DNA of 64,000 nt from Eledone cirrhosa (lineage: Eukaryota), in contig OZ024741.1 in the NCBI GenBank assembly GCA_964016885.1, forward strand, positions 129,580,001 to 129,644,000, read 5' to 3'. Made by a program: the position numbers and the translations under genes. The notes under the pieces are model-generated. The model made no database searches. It had not been told where the DNA came from and worked only from the letters and a program-made list of their open reading frames with translations. This document shows, one piece after another, positions 48,990 to 60,951 of this stretch; within the stretch, counting starts at the first letter, position 1, and each line of letters opens with the position of its first letter.

Positions 48990-50598
48990 CCTTGAATCTC
49001 AGTCATTGATGTTGGTTAACTGGAAAGTCCGTTGGATTGAATATCAAGCCACTACCTGCAGCCTCAGATATTCAGGACGTATCGGAGGGTTCTTGCTGTT
49101 CCAAGCAAGCATGCCTTTTGAAGCGTTCCAAAAAGCGTGAAGGGGCCGATTTTCTTTAACCATCCCTGGAAACTTTTGGAGATAGTCCCCAGTGTGCCTA
49201 TGACAATCGGGATCACTTTGACTTCATGGCAGTTCCAAATCCTTTTCACCTCCCACTTTAGGTCCTGGTATCGGTTAATTTTCTCCCTCTCCTTCTCTTG
49301 CACTCTCGTGTCGAACGGGCAGGCCACATCCACAATCAGACACGATCTTTTTTCTTTGTCCACAACCACCAGGTCAGGTCTATTGTGTTCCAGTTTTTTG
49401 TCCGTCTGTATCCTAAAATCCCACAGCACCTTCACCTGATCGTTCTCCATCACCGCCTCTGGCCTATGCTCATACCATTTCTCAGAATGTGGTAAATTGT
49501 TTACTTTGCACAGGTGCCAGTGGATCACCCTGCCCATCACATCGTGTCTCCAGCCCTTGTAGTGGGTCTGGGCTAGGTGTTTACACTCGGACACAATGTG
49601 AGCCACAGTCTCCTCTCTCTCTCCACAGATCCTGCACAGTGGGCTAGCCTCCTCCTTGTAAATATGGTGCTTCAACCACTTCGTTTTGAGGGCCTGCTCC
49701 TGCGCAGCCATTAGCATTCCTTCTGTAGCCTTTTTGAGGTCTCCTCTTCTCAACCAGTTCCATGTCTGTGGATCTCTAAATTCAGTTTTCTCAAAGAAGG
49801 TACTATGAAGGGATTTTCCCTTAAGGCTGCTCTTCCTCCTTGATGTTATTTCCTCCTTGGACATCCCCTGGCCTACTGTCCCCTCCTTCAGTACAGTTCT
49901 GAGCATTGGCTCCTTACTATCAGTCACGTATTTGTGTAGGTTGTTTTTCTCCATCTGAACACAGTCCTCTATGCTGATAAGACCTCTTCCACCCTCAGAT
50001 CTCCTTAGGTAGAGTCTATCGACATCACTCCTCTTGTGGAACATGTTGTAGATAGTCAATAGCTTCCTAGTCTTCCTATCCATTTCTTTTTGTTCAGCAA
50101 CATTCCATCTCAGAATTCCCGCACTGTACCTAAGAATAGACACAGCTCGGGAATTTACTGCGCTTATGGCATTTCTGCTGTTCAGATGTGACTTCAATAC
50201 GCTCCTTACTCTCCGAATGTATTCAGTTCTTAACAATTCCTTCATTTTTTTGTTCTTTATGCCATCAGCCTCCAGAACGCCCAAATACTTGTATCCTTCC
50301 TCAGAGTCAATTTCCTTTATCATCTCACCTGTTGGTATCTGGATCCCGTTACTTCTGCTCAACCTACCCTTCCTCATCACAATGACTCCACATTTACCAA
50401 TACCAAACTGCATACATATATCACTGCTGAAAATACGGACAGTGTCAACAAGCACATCCAACTCCTTCTCACTTTTCCCGAAGAGCTTAAGATCGTCCAT
50501 GAAGAGGAGGTGATTGATGGTAAGCTCTCCCCTTCCCAACTTGTATCCTGCTCTCACTTTTCGCAGCATAATGGTCAAGGGCATCAGGGCAAGGACAA

Positions 50599-50599
<1 letters not shown>
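48990..50599 (-). mobile_element. R4/Dong-like copy B4, 5'-truncated (~1.6 kb)
   Basis: Matches B2 from FVLALMPL onward; open 506-aa remnant; bounded by (ATT)n. Confidence 0.9.
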
Positions 50600-50648
<49 letters not shown>

Positions 50649-50662
50649 CACTATTGCTATTA

Positions 50663-51271
50663 CTCTTTGAGTCTCAGTCATTGATATTAGTTAACTGGAA
50701 AGTTTGTTGAAATGAATATCAAGCCACTACCTGCAGCCTCAGATATTCAGGACGTATCGGAGGGTTCTTGCTGTTCCCAGCAAGCATGCCTTTTGAAGCG
50801 TTCCAAAAAGCGTGAAGGGGCCAATTTTTTTTAACCATCCTTGGAAACTTTTTGAGATAGTACCTAGTGCGCCTATGACAATCGGGATCACTTTGACTTC
50901 ATGGCAGTTCCAAATCCTTTTTACCTCCCACTTTAAGTCCTGGTATCGGTTAATTTTCTCCCTCTCCTTCTCTTGCACTCTTGTGTCGAATGGGCAGGCC
51001 ACGTCCACAATCAGACACGATCTTTTTTCTTTGTCCACAACCACCAGGTCAGGTCTATTGTGTTCCAGTTTCTTGTCCTAAAATCCACAGCACCTTCACC
51101 TCATCGTTCTCCATCACCGCCTCTGGCCTATGCTCATACTATTTCTCAGAATGTGGTAAATTGTTTACTTTGCATAGGTGCCAGTGGATCACCCTGCCCA
51201 TCACATCATGTCTCCAGCCCTTATAGTGAGTCTGGGCTAGGTGTTTGCACTCGGATACAATGTGAGCCACA
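50663..51271 (-). mobile_element. R4/Dong-like copy B5, 5'-truncated (~610 bp)
   Basis: Matches the B 3' end from VAHIVSEC onward, with small deletions; bounded by (ATT)n. Confidence 0.9.
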
Positions 51272-51796
51272 TTATTATTATTATTATTATAATTGAATGC
51301 TATGGTTGACGGAGGCTCGGCTCTGTAAGGTACTGTAAATTTTGAACGCTATAACAATTGTAAATTGTTTAAAACTTAGACCAACTTGTAGACAAAAACA
51401 CCCTCCTCCTCGTGAGAGGGGTCTTTCTGCCCGTTATTTGGCCCTTCGGGGTTAAATAACTGCTTATTGGGGTTTTGTACCCAATATTTATTTTAACAAA
51501 AAAACAACATGGCTACGAAAAAGAATTTGGATAGGTCACTCCCACTCATTCCGTCTTCTTCTTCCTCAATCGTCACTACAGCAGAGAGAAGATTGTCTCT
51601 CTCCCTCCCTTCTTTAAATGTGTCTCTCTCCCTCCCTTCTCTTTCGCAAGTGACGAAAGAAAAGAAAAGTCTCGTGCAAAGCGTGCAAGGTTTCTCCACG
51701 ACGACGACGACAGCGACGAAACAGGTGTGCGGGAAATACGAAAACCCAGTTCATTTGTCTGACGTCAGGAATAATAGCAGTAGCAGCCGTAATAAC

Positions 51797-51855
51797 GTTT
51801 TCTTTATTAACCACAAGGGTTTACATAAAGTAGACATTAAGGACAGTACAGGACA
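51797..51855 (-). mobile_element. 59-bp 5'-truncated Tx1 3'-end fragment nested antisense in A2 ORF1
   Basis: Reverse complement of the element's terminal TGTCCTGTACTGTCC...GGTTAATAAAGAAAAC; flanked by a duplicated AGCAGCCGTAATAAC. Confidence 0.9.
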
Positions 51856-53737
51856 AGTAGTAGCAGCAGCCGTAATAACAACAGCAACAGTGACAATGAA
51901 AACAACAGTAGCAGCCGCAACAGCATCACCAGCAGCATAAACAACAACAGCATTAGCAGCAGCAACACCAACAACAACCACAGCAACAGCGGCGGAGGCA
52001 GTAGTCGTAGTACCTGCAGCAACAACAAAATTTAACAGCAGCTCTGACGACAACAACAACAACAGCAGCAAAGAAAAACCAATCTCATTTGCAGGTATTG
52101 CGAAAAACTTGGAAACAATCCTCATAACAAATGAGGAATTAGAGGAAGCGAAGAAGATGGTGACAAAGACTGGACACCGAGCAATCTGCAAGGCAGCGGA
52201 AAAATTTTTCGAAACCCAACAGCACTGTACGGTCACGTACCGTACAGTAAGTACAAAATCCCGTAGGGTGGAAAGAGCCACAGAGGCTCAAATACAAAAA
52301 GCCTTGGGGTCTGTGTGGCAGCGGAAAACGCACATCACCCGAGGCAAAAAATATGCCACCGTAGACGTACTTTTTGCCATACCCCAGGAGGCAAAGGCCC
52401 AATCCGTAGTGACCCTAAGGAGCGAGGAAATGGTGTTGGTGCCCTCCTACTGCGGGCAAAAAATTGTGAGGGTCAAACTGACCCACGTCCCCCCCCCCCC
52501 CCGGGATGGCCCCTTCTTGGCTGGCCGCGTCTGTCCTCGTCGGAATCGAGGACAAAACAACTGTACTGCAAGTACAGAAAAAAGTAAGAGAAGATTGGGT
52601 CGGCACCTCCATTGAGATGCTAATCCAAACCAACCAGGAGTGCATCGAAGCTATCCCGGATGTGATAGACTTCGATAACGGCACTCAACTGCCCATAAGT
52701 GTTGAGGGAAAACGCCCAAAATGCTTTCGCTGTGGATCGAAGACTCACCTCAGGGCCTTCTGCAACGAGAAGACCTTGAGAAAGGAGAAAACCCCCCTCC
52801 TTCCGAAACCGGCTCCACGGCTACCAGCAACAGGACAAGCGGCAACCAGGAACGATAGGTCCGTGGCACCCATACCCACGCCACGGAAATCAAAAACAGC
52901 AGCAGCAGTGGAAATATTAACAACAACAACAGCAATACCAAATGCAGCTGCAACAGAGACTCCAGTGCAAACATCACCAACAACAACAAGTGAAAGAGTG
53001 GAGCTGGTACCCCTCCCCGACCTCACAGAATCAGACATGGAGTGTGAGGTGGGAGAGAGATGGCAAAAGGTCGTAAGAAGGCACAAACGCAGAAGCAGCG
53101 CATCGTCGCCTTTGAAAAGGGAGGAAAGAAATGAGAAAAGGGTAAAGTCTACTGCAAAGAGACCCACAGCAGCAACACCACCAACACCATCACCACCCAC
53201 ACTAGCACCACCATCACCACCGGCGACAACCCCACCGCCAACAACACCTTCAACACCACCACCACAAGCACCAACATCGCAAACACAACAACAAAACACA
53301 CACACCCAGCAACAACGACAAGAAAATAGCAGAACCACACCCCACCCCCAGAAAAACAAATGCACGGCAATAAATACACACAACAAGAAACTAATGACTT
53401 ACATAATTGAACACACAGACATTTCACAACAGGACTACATAATACCAGCACCAATCAAAACGCCAACTAACATAAGACTGCTAAAAATAGCACAGAAACA
53501 ATACACAAACATTAAAACGAAATTCCCCAACGCAGTTGGTGGTTTCAGGGACCTAGGAGGAACTATCAATCGAAGAGTATATTCAGACATTCTCACAGAA
53601 GAGCCGACGACCAGCCGAAGGGACGATTCAGCGGTCCCTTCACCAGACGATCAAGTGAAAAGGGATGTAAAAACCATCCCTCCTCTACCAAAAGTACGGT
53701 AAGTGGTCTTTCCCATCTTTTCCACTCTATTTTAAAC

Positions 53738-56700
53738 ATGACCTCACTCAGAATAGACAGCATAAATGCGCGTGGCTTGGGGTCGTCATGGAAGCAGGGT
53801 CACCTGCTCAACGACCCCAGGTCACTAAACATAGATGTAGTGGCCATCAGCGAGACCAGAATCTCCGAAGCACGGGCCTTCGCACCGATCTTCGGCGGCT
53901 ACGATGTGTACGCATCTCCCAGCCGTCCTGGATCGGGGGGAGGAGTTGTGCTTTTTAGGAGAGGTTTGGATCTCGCCATACGGGCCATCTTCCTGGACCC
54001 AGAGGGTAAGCTGGTGGTGCTGGATGTGACCAGCGGCTACGGGCAAGCTTTCAGGCTAGTGGCCGTCTATGCCCCGACAGGAGCAGGGCGGCCTGATTTC
54101 TTCCGGCGTCTGGAGACCTTTCTTGGAACGTCCCGCTCTTTAGTGTTAGTGGGCGACTGGAACGGGATCTTAGATGCACGCTGGGATTGTGTGGGATTAG
54201 TGGATAGGGAAGGAGGGTGCAAGAGTCTCACCAACCTGCTCAGACGTTTTGAACTGTCTGACAGGTACCGAATGGATTTCCTGAATGTACCAATGTGGAC
54301 TTGGACAAATCGCATAGGGTCATCCAGATCATATCTAGATAGAGTATTTTGTAGGGAAATAGATAGGTCTAGCATAGGCTGTCCACAATTCAAGATAGTC
54401 AGCTACACGGACCACAAATTCGTGATCTGTGTGCTTGACTTAGATAGGCTTCATAGACGAGGACCCGGCTACTGGAAGCTAAACGCGGCCTTACCAGCGC
54501 GCAAGGGCTACAGAGACCGGATTAGCGAACTAGTTAAGCGGGCGTTGACGGGGGCCATCGTCAACAACAAGTGGTGGTTTGCTCTGAAAAGAGCAATTAG
54601 AATAGAGTCCATTAGGTTTAGTAAGAGTTTAGCAATAGAGAAAAATAGAGCAGAGGTAGAATTAGTTAGAAAATTAGATGAGGCGCTTAGCAAAGGCATC
54701 GCGACCGACGTACTTGCGGCGAAATTGGCCCTTGACCAATTCTTCAATGCAAAGCACGAAGGCTGCGTTGTCAGAGCTATGGTGCGTGCTCTCAGACACG
54801 AGGGGACGAAAGCCGTTCAATGGGCCCGAGTGGCGGAGGCGCGTCGTGGCAACAAAGCCACGATCCGGTCTTTGGTGGACCACGACGGGCGCATGCTACT
54901 CGATCCCGGGCAAATGTGTGAAGCTTTTCAGCGACACTTCGCTCAACTGTTCGGGGGCAGTGGCGGGCCGGATCGAGGGATGGACTTTAGTGTCTACCTC
55001 GACGGACTGCCGCGGCTTTCGGCCACTGAGGCGGAGTGTTGCGAAAAGCCGATAACAACCGCTGAAGTACGGGATGCAATGACTAGTTGCACAAGGGGTA
55101 AATCGCCTGGTTTGGATGGTCTGCCCTATGAACTTTACGTACAAATGCCAAACTTGTTCGGAGGCCTCTTGGCGGACGTCTACTGCAACTGGCAACAGAA
55201 CGGGAGAATTCCCAGCTCTGTAAGCCGAGGAGCGGTGGCGCTGCTGAGAAAGGATCCGAACAAGGGGGATAACATAGATAATTTTAGGCCCATAACTCTG
55301 CTAAACACAGAGTTCAAGATTTTGGCCAAGGTGCTAGCAAAGAGGTTGGCGCTTGTCGTTGGTGGTCTGGTGGGAGAGGCACAGACATGCGCCATTCCCG
55401 ACAGATCCATCCACGACAACCTCCACCTCATGCGATACATCGTAGAGAGGGTAGCTAGGGAACCTGGCACGGGTGGGTCTTTGATCAATTTAGATCAGTC
55501 GAAAGCCTTCGATAGGGTCGACCATCGTTACCTAGCGGCAGTCCTGAGGGCGGCTGGCTTTGGGCCCGTCTTCAGAGGCTGGATCGCTGCCATGCACAGT
55601 AACATCTGCTCTGTAGTGAGAGTGAACGGTCACCTTTCGGAACCGTTCAACATCATGCGCTCGGTCCGCCAAGGATGTCCCCTCTCGTCCCTATTGTACG
55701 TATTGAATCTCAAGCCATTACTGCACAAACTGGAGACGTTGAGGGGGATCCCGCGCGAACTAGGATGCGGAAGATCCGTGTCAGTATATGCCGACGATGT
55801 CACCGTAATGGTGTCGAACGCCAAACACATCGAGGCGATCGGCACTACACTAAGAGAATACGAAGCGGTGACAGGAGCAATGATCAACCAGGAAAAGTCA
55901 GTGGGCCTGCAGCTCGGCACCTGGAGAGGCAGGTCTATGCCGTCCAACAGCGTTGTCGGGCGCTGGACGGACGGACCGGTTAAATTGCTAGGGGTCTGGT
56001 TCGGTCCAGACCTCCAGACGGACAAAAACTGGGACGAGGTGACGAGCAGGGTGGCTTCTCTCACCCAGAAATGGGCCGAGAGGAAGCTATCCCTGAAAGA
56101 TCAAGCGGAGGTGGCTAACGCGTACATCGCGTCCGTCATCTACTACCGCCTGACCGTCGTACCTTGTCCTAAGCCCCGCCTGACTGCGCTGGAGCGTTTG
56201 CTCTTTCGCTTCTTGTGGAAGGGTCGCGCTCCTATGGTCAGGCGGTCCATCTGCTGTCAACACCCGCTACGTGGAGGGCTGGGCATGTCGTGGCTGATGA
56301 TGCGCAGACACGCGCTCAGGCTACGACATCTCCACCTCTTCCTCGACGGTGATCAGGTGTGGTCGCCGTTTGCTAGACACGTTTTTCCCCAGCTCGTCTC
56401 CTTGACGGAGCTGCAGTCCTGGGTCAAGCGAAGACCGAGAGGGAGCGCTTGGAGACTGGAATGTCTTCAGGCGCTCACAGCCCTCGACCAATCGGGCAAT
56501 GTGATCGGTGGAAACTCCACCTTGGCGTTCTATAGGGGATTAGTGGAGGGGAAGAGCGACGACGTACTTGGAGAAACTCTAGGCGTCGACGAAAATCAAC
56601 TAGCCAATCTCTTCGGAAGGACTTTCGGGCCGGGGCCTATGGACAACTTCCAGAAATCCCTGGCCTGGCAGTGCTACCGGGGTGCTTTGCCAGTTCGGGA

Positions 56701-57154
56701 TAAACTTTACAGGCATGGAGGTGCCGTCAGCCGGGCATGTCCGAGATGCGCACAGGGCGACGAAACCGTCCTGCACGCACTCGTCCAGTGTCCGAGCATT
56801 GCTGACTTGTGGGTTTATGTCGAACACCTGCTGTCACGTGTAGGACGGATCCAGCTATCAGCTGAGTCCATCGTGAGGATTGCCCCGCCCTCTTCCTTTA
56901 GCCGGGAAGGGCAGGCAGTTTTTATCTGTCTGGTGGCCATGGCGAAAGAGATAGTATGGTGGACACGTTTGAAAGGGCTGAAGACGAGCACTTACCTCTT
57001 CGGTGATGCCCTGATTAACTTTTTCAAATTTCATCTGAAAAGGAAAATCAGGGTAGAGATGGAAGTGCTCTCTTCCCAGCATTTTGTTGAAAGATGGGTG
57101 AGAGAAGCAAGTATCGCCCGAATGAATGGGCCTTCTCTGAGTATGTGTCTGTAA
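53738..57154 (+). CDS. Tx1-like ORF2 of copy A2 (APE-RT-zf, 1138 aa, open)
   Basis: Same motifs as the A1 ORF2, with scattered substitutions. Confidence 0.9.
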   Translation: MTSLRIDSINARGLGSSWKQGHLLNDPRSLNIDVVAISETRISEARAFAPIFGGYDVYASPSRPGSGGGVVLFRRGLDLAIRAIFLDPEGKLVVLDVTSGYGQAFRLVAVYAPTGAGRPDFFRRLETFLGTSRSLVLVGDWNGILDARWDCVGLVDREGGCKSLTNLLRRFELSDRYRMDFLNVPMWTWTNRIGSSRSYLDRVFCREIDRSSIGCPQFKIVSYTDHKFVICVLDLDRLHRRGPGYWKLNAALPARKGYRDRISELVKRALTGAIVNNKWWFALKRAIRIESIRFSKSLAIEKNRAEVELVRKLDEALSKGIATDVLAAKLALDQFFNAKHEGCVVRAMVRALRHEGTKAVQWARVAEARRGNKATIRSLVDHDGRMLLDPGQMCEAFQRHFAQLFGGSGGPDRGMDFSVYLDGLPRLSATEAECCEKPITTAEVRDAMTSCTRGKSPGLDGLPYELYVQMPNLFGGLLADVYCNWQQNGRIPSSVSRGAVALLRKDPNKGDNIDNFRPITLLNTEFKILAKVLAKRLALVVGGLVGEAQTCAIPDRSIHDNLHLMRYIVERVAREPGTGGSLINLDQSKAFDRVDHRYLAAVLRAAGFGPVFRGWIAAMHSNICSVVRVNGHLSEPFNIMRSVRQGCPLSSLLYVLNLKPLLHKLETLRGIPRELGCGRSVSVYADDVTVMVSNAKHIEAIGTTLREYEAVTGAMINQEKSVGLQLGTWRGRSMPSNSVVGRWTDGPVKLLGVWFGPDLQTDKNWDEVTSRVASLTQKWAERKLSLKDQAEVANAYIASVIYYRLTVVPCPKPRLTALERLLFRFLWKGRAPMVRRSICCQHPLRGGLGMSWLMMRRHALRLRHLHLFLDGDQVWSPFARHVFPQLVSLTELQSWVKRRPRGSAWRLECLQALTALDQSGNVIGGNSTLAFYRGLVEGKSDDVLGETLGVDENQLANLFGRTFGPGPMDNFQKSLAWQCYRGALPVRDKLYRHGGAVSRACPRCAQGDETVLHALVQCPSIADLWVYVEHLLSRVGRIQLSAESIVRIAPPSSFSREGQAVFICLVAMAKEIVWWTRLKGLKTSTYLFGDALINFFKFHLKRKIRVEMEVLSSQHFVERWVREASIARMNGPSLSMCL

Positions 57155-57396
57155 ATTAAAGGTGGAAAACTGGGAGAGGGCACTTGCCCTGGTGGTCAGG
57201 GCCACTGTGGTCTTTTAATGGGCTTTCTCCACAAATGTCTCTCGGAAGTCTCCCCCTATTGGGGAATTTTTCTTTGTTATTTTATTTCATCCTCTGTTTT
57301 TTTTACACGCAGAAATGCCCATTTGTACCGTCCTGTATTGTCCTGTACTGTCCTTAATGTATACTTTATGTAAACCCTTGTGGTTAATAAAGAAAA

Positions 57397-57438
<42 letters not shown>

Positions 57439-57907
57439 CATTATTATTATTATTCCTGGGAGGGTCATAGGAGCAGTCCAGACACGCTTTCCAGCAAGTG
57501 CTATCAGAAGCAACTGTCTCCAATTGGTCCGTATGGATTCCCCATCAAGATCAATCAAGCTCATGGTTATTATTCAGATACCTACCTCTTGGTTTTCTGC
57601 TGGTTGGCTTTACCCGAAAAATCTATCCAGCGATTTCCTTAGACATTCTGACTACATACCCGTAGAATCAGAGCTGTGATCTTTCCTTTCGAAAAAAATA
57701 GCAACTCTACTTGATCTCCGAACTACGCACTCTATCGAGTGACGTTATTCCAATGACCCTTTGGAGGAACCCCATTTCGGCTGCTTGTATTCATGATATC
57801 AAGGCTTTCCTGATGATTTCCTTTGAATGAAACAGTTTTAGTCCTGTAGAAGGCATTTCTATTAAACATTGTTTACACTCTACTAATATATTGCTGTGGT
57901 CACACAC

Positions 57908-57944
<37 letters not shown>

Positions 57945-57945
<1 letters not shown>

Positions 57946-58565
57946 TAGGGCGGGTAAAATTCCCGAGATCTATGGACGAGTTCTCTCCACCGGTCTCTGT
58001 CCCTCATTATCGCTGCCATGTCCTGCGTCTCCAACAGACCAGTGTCTGTCCTTAGAGCATGAACATACGTTAACCTTAGTCTTCTTCTTCCAGTGTGTCC
58101 ATGTAGGGGCTCCCACGGGACCACTGAGTGCAATGTCAACTCTGGATGCCGGTGAGCATGTCCAGCTAACCTCAGTCTCCTCTGTGTCACTTTTGAGCTG
58201 ACTTTTGGGAGGCTCCCATATAGCTCTGTGTGGAGAGAGAGAGAGGAGAGAGAGAGATTGGATGGACTGAGGAGAGTGTGACGAGGAGGTACGGGCACTT
58301 CACCAATGCAGTGGCGGAAGCAAGTGAGACCCTGGTTCCGAGGAGAAAGAACAAAAGGAAGCACGTCAGCTCTGCAAACCCAAAAGTGTGTGCAGCCAGA
58401 GAACACCTGAAAGCTGCCAAGGACCAATTCTATGCTGATCCTACGGAGGAGTGGATGGAGACAGTGGAGGTGATGAGGGAAGAACTCTGTACCGCTTACA
58501 CTGAGGCCAGAGAGGAGGCACTGATAGAGAAGATCAGAAGTATGGAAAGAGCGGTTGACAGGTCT

Positions 58566-58567
<2 letters not shown>
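57945..58567. mobile_element. LINE remnant of the 26.4-27.2 kb family (3' end on -), joined to a probable LINE ORF piece on +
   Basis: ELYGSLPKVSSKVTQRRLRLAGHAHRHPEL on -; 58260-58567 on + is an ORF fragment resembling a pre-RT LINE linker. Confidence 0.65.
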
Positions 58568-58624
<57 letters not shown>

Positions 58625-59029
58625 CATACACATATTATAGGTGTGATGAAGCTATACCAGTAATTCGAGGTGTGGACTTTCATATTTAAGGACACTTACA
58701 TATACCATAGTCCCAAATATAGTATAATATAATGAGTTGAAAACTTTAAATTAACTAAGTTTACCCTTGTACTTAGAAGATAAAACATCATTCTAGAGGT
58801 GTCTGAGATCTAAAAACTGTGAAACAATCTCTAATAACAACAGCTAGTTCAATATTTCGAAAATTAAAGACAATAGGGTTAGGAATGCGGTATATTTCTC
58901 TACTCATGTCAACCGAGCTGAATATGCTTCGCTGAGGAGATCTTAGAAATCGAAGCGTGTCCGTTGCTTCAAACAGTTCATTTTAAAAACAAGCTCTACG
59001 CTTTAATGCATAGATGGCGTTCAGCTTAG

Positions 59030-59450
59030 TTTTTTTTGATGACGTCACCATAATCTGGCAGTTTGACAATGTGACCGTAAACAGAAAGTTTGATGACGTC
59101 ACCATAACTATACCCTTTTGTGACGTCACCATAACTGTAATATTTGATGAAATCACCAAGAGACATTTTGGTGACGGACCATGATCAAGCAGTTGATGAC
59201 GTTACTACAAACAGAAAGTTTGATGGCATCACATAATGAGACAGTTTGATGACGCCACTATAAGCAGACAGTTTAATACTGTCACCATAATCACAGTTTG
59301 TTGACGTTACCGTAACTATAACGTATTATGACGTTACCATCAGACAGTTTAATGATGTCAACCAAATCAGACAGTTTGATGACGTCACTGTGAGCAGACA
59401 GTTTGATGATGTGACCATAAGAACACAGTTTGATGCCGTCAACATAACTG
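59030..59450. repeat. ~28-30-bp degenerate minisatellite (CAGTTTGATGACGTCACCATAA core)
   Basis: About 14 units. Confidence 0.8.
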
Positions 59451-60084
59451 TAGTTGTCTATAGTTGGTAAGGGCGTTGACCTTACCATGCGTTGCCTAGT
59501 GGTAAGGATGTTGGACTTACGATCATAATGTATTTAGTTCGATTCCTGGACTGGGTTTAGTGTGGTGTTCTTGTGTAAAATATTTCATTTCACGTTGTTC
59601 CAGTATATTCAGTGAAAATGAGTATCGGTAATAGCAAGGAGATTAACCCTGAGATAGGTGGCGCCCTGTCCAGTGGGAATCTTGTAATCTCAGTTGCTTC
59701 ATGCCACGGAAACCAAGATAAGCACTGGTCTGATGTGTCTCCGGGCTCGAGACAGACTTTAACATTTTTTAGTACATAACTATATAAATTACGGTTTAGT
59801 TAAAGTTGGAAGAGAACGTCGAATTGAATCCTTTGCGGCATTCGTTCCAGTTTTTTGCGCTCTGAGTTCGAAGGTAAACTTTGCTTTCATCCTCTCACGG
59901 TCAATAGAAAAGTACTAGCTAAGTACTGTGGTCGATTCATCCTGTATACATCTAATACTGCGAATTTTCACACGATTTATCCACTCGTAAAGATTATATA
60001 AGTATTTGAATTAAGAAATCCTTTTTTAAATGCTTCTTACGAAATCATTACAGGATGTTAAGAGTTAAACAGGTTAGTGTGCTC

Positions 60085-60505
60085 CACAAAGACTGCCAAG
60101 GATTAGGTAATGGTGTTAAACATTATATCAACTACATTCGTTGACTACACTAAAGGAAATCAAGGACCAGGTAATGGTATTAAACATCCATTGACTCCAC
60201 TAAAACAGCAAATGGATAAGTGGTGGTGGTGAGTGACATCGTGTCTACCATACAGATGGATTACTTTAAAGACTGCCAAGGACCATGTGGTTGTGTTAAA
60301 TCTTATATCTACTATATTTGATGACTTCACTAAAGACTGCCAAGGACCATGTGGTTGTGTTAAATCTTATATCTACTGCATTTGATGAATCTACTAAAGA
60401 CAGTCAAGGACAAATTGATGGTGTTATACCTTATATCTACTACATTTGATGATTTCACTAAAGACTGCCAAGGACCATGTGGTTGTGTTAAATAATATAT
60501 CTATA
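60085..60505. repeat. ~62-bp tandem repeat (CTAAAGACTGCCAAGGACCA..GTGTTAAA..ATCTACTACATTTGATGA); satellite copy at 61265-61355
   Basis: Direct reading. Confidence 0.8.
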
Positions 60506-60877
60506 GCGATTGGTTGTTGGTCGTGTTGGTGAGTTAGTTGTGTGCGTGCTGACTTGTAGCTTGCTGTGTGGTGTGGTCACTGTTGTGGGATACAGTGTGA
60601 CCAGAGGTTGCATGTGTGCAGTTAAATGAGTAAGTGTTCAATAAGATGATGATATGATAGTTCCTTGATCCCACAGAAAATGAATATATCTAAATGAACC
60701 ACGATGACACCAAACCGCTATATTATTAATTTATTGAAAATAGCTTACGCCAGAGCTATAACTAGAAATACACAGGAATTATGTATGTTATTTGTTTGTT
60801 TAACTTCACTGTCTTAGCTAAGAGAGAGGCCAAGAGATAGAGATTGAGTGAGAGAGAGAGGGAGAGAGTGAGAGAGA

Positions 60878-60951
<74 letters not shown>

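Larger units (their letters stand above)
51295..57397 (+). mobile_element. Tx1/L1-clade retrotransposon, copy A2, full length; ORF1 disrupted
   Basis: Collinear with A1. ORF1 is interrupted by an insertion at 51797 and a frameshift in the poly-C run near 52490. Flanked by (ATT)n. Confidence 0.92.

Noticed and set aside
38288-51271. B array as a simple tandem duplication or an LTR element
   Set aside because: Copies share 3' ends but have different 5' truncations and variant patterns; no LTR, gag or integrase
59030-60505. Regularly spaced short repeats as a CRISPR array
   Set aside because: Units are degenerate tandem copies without unique spacers; eukaryotic context; no cas genes
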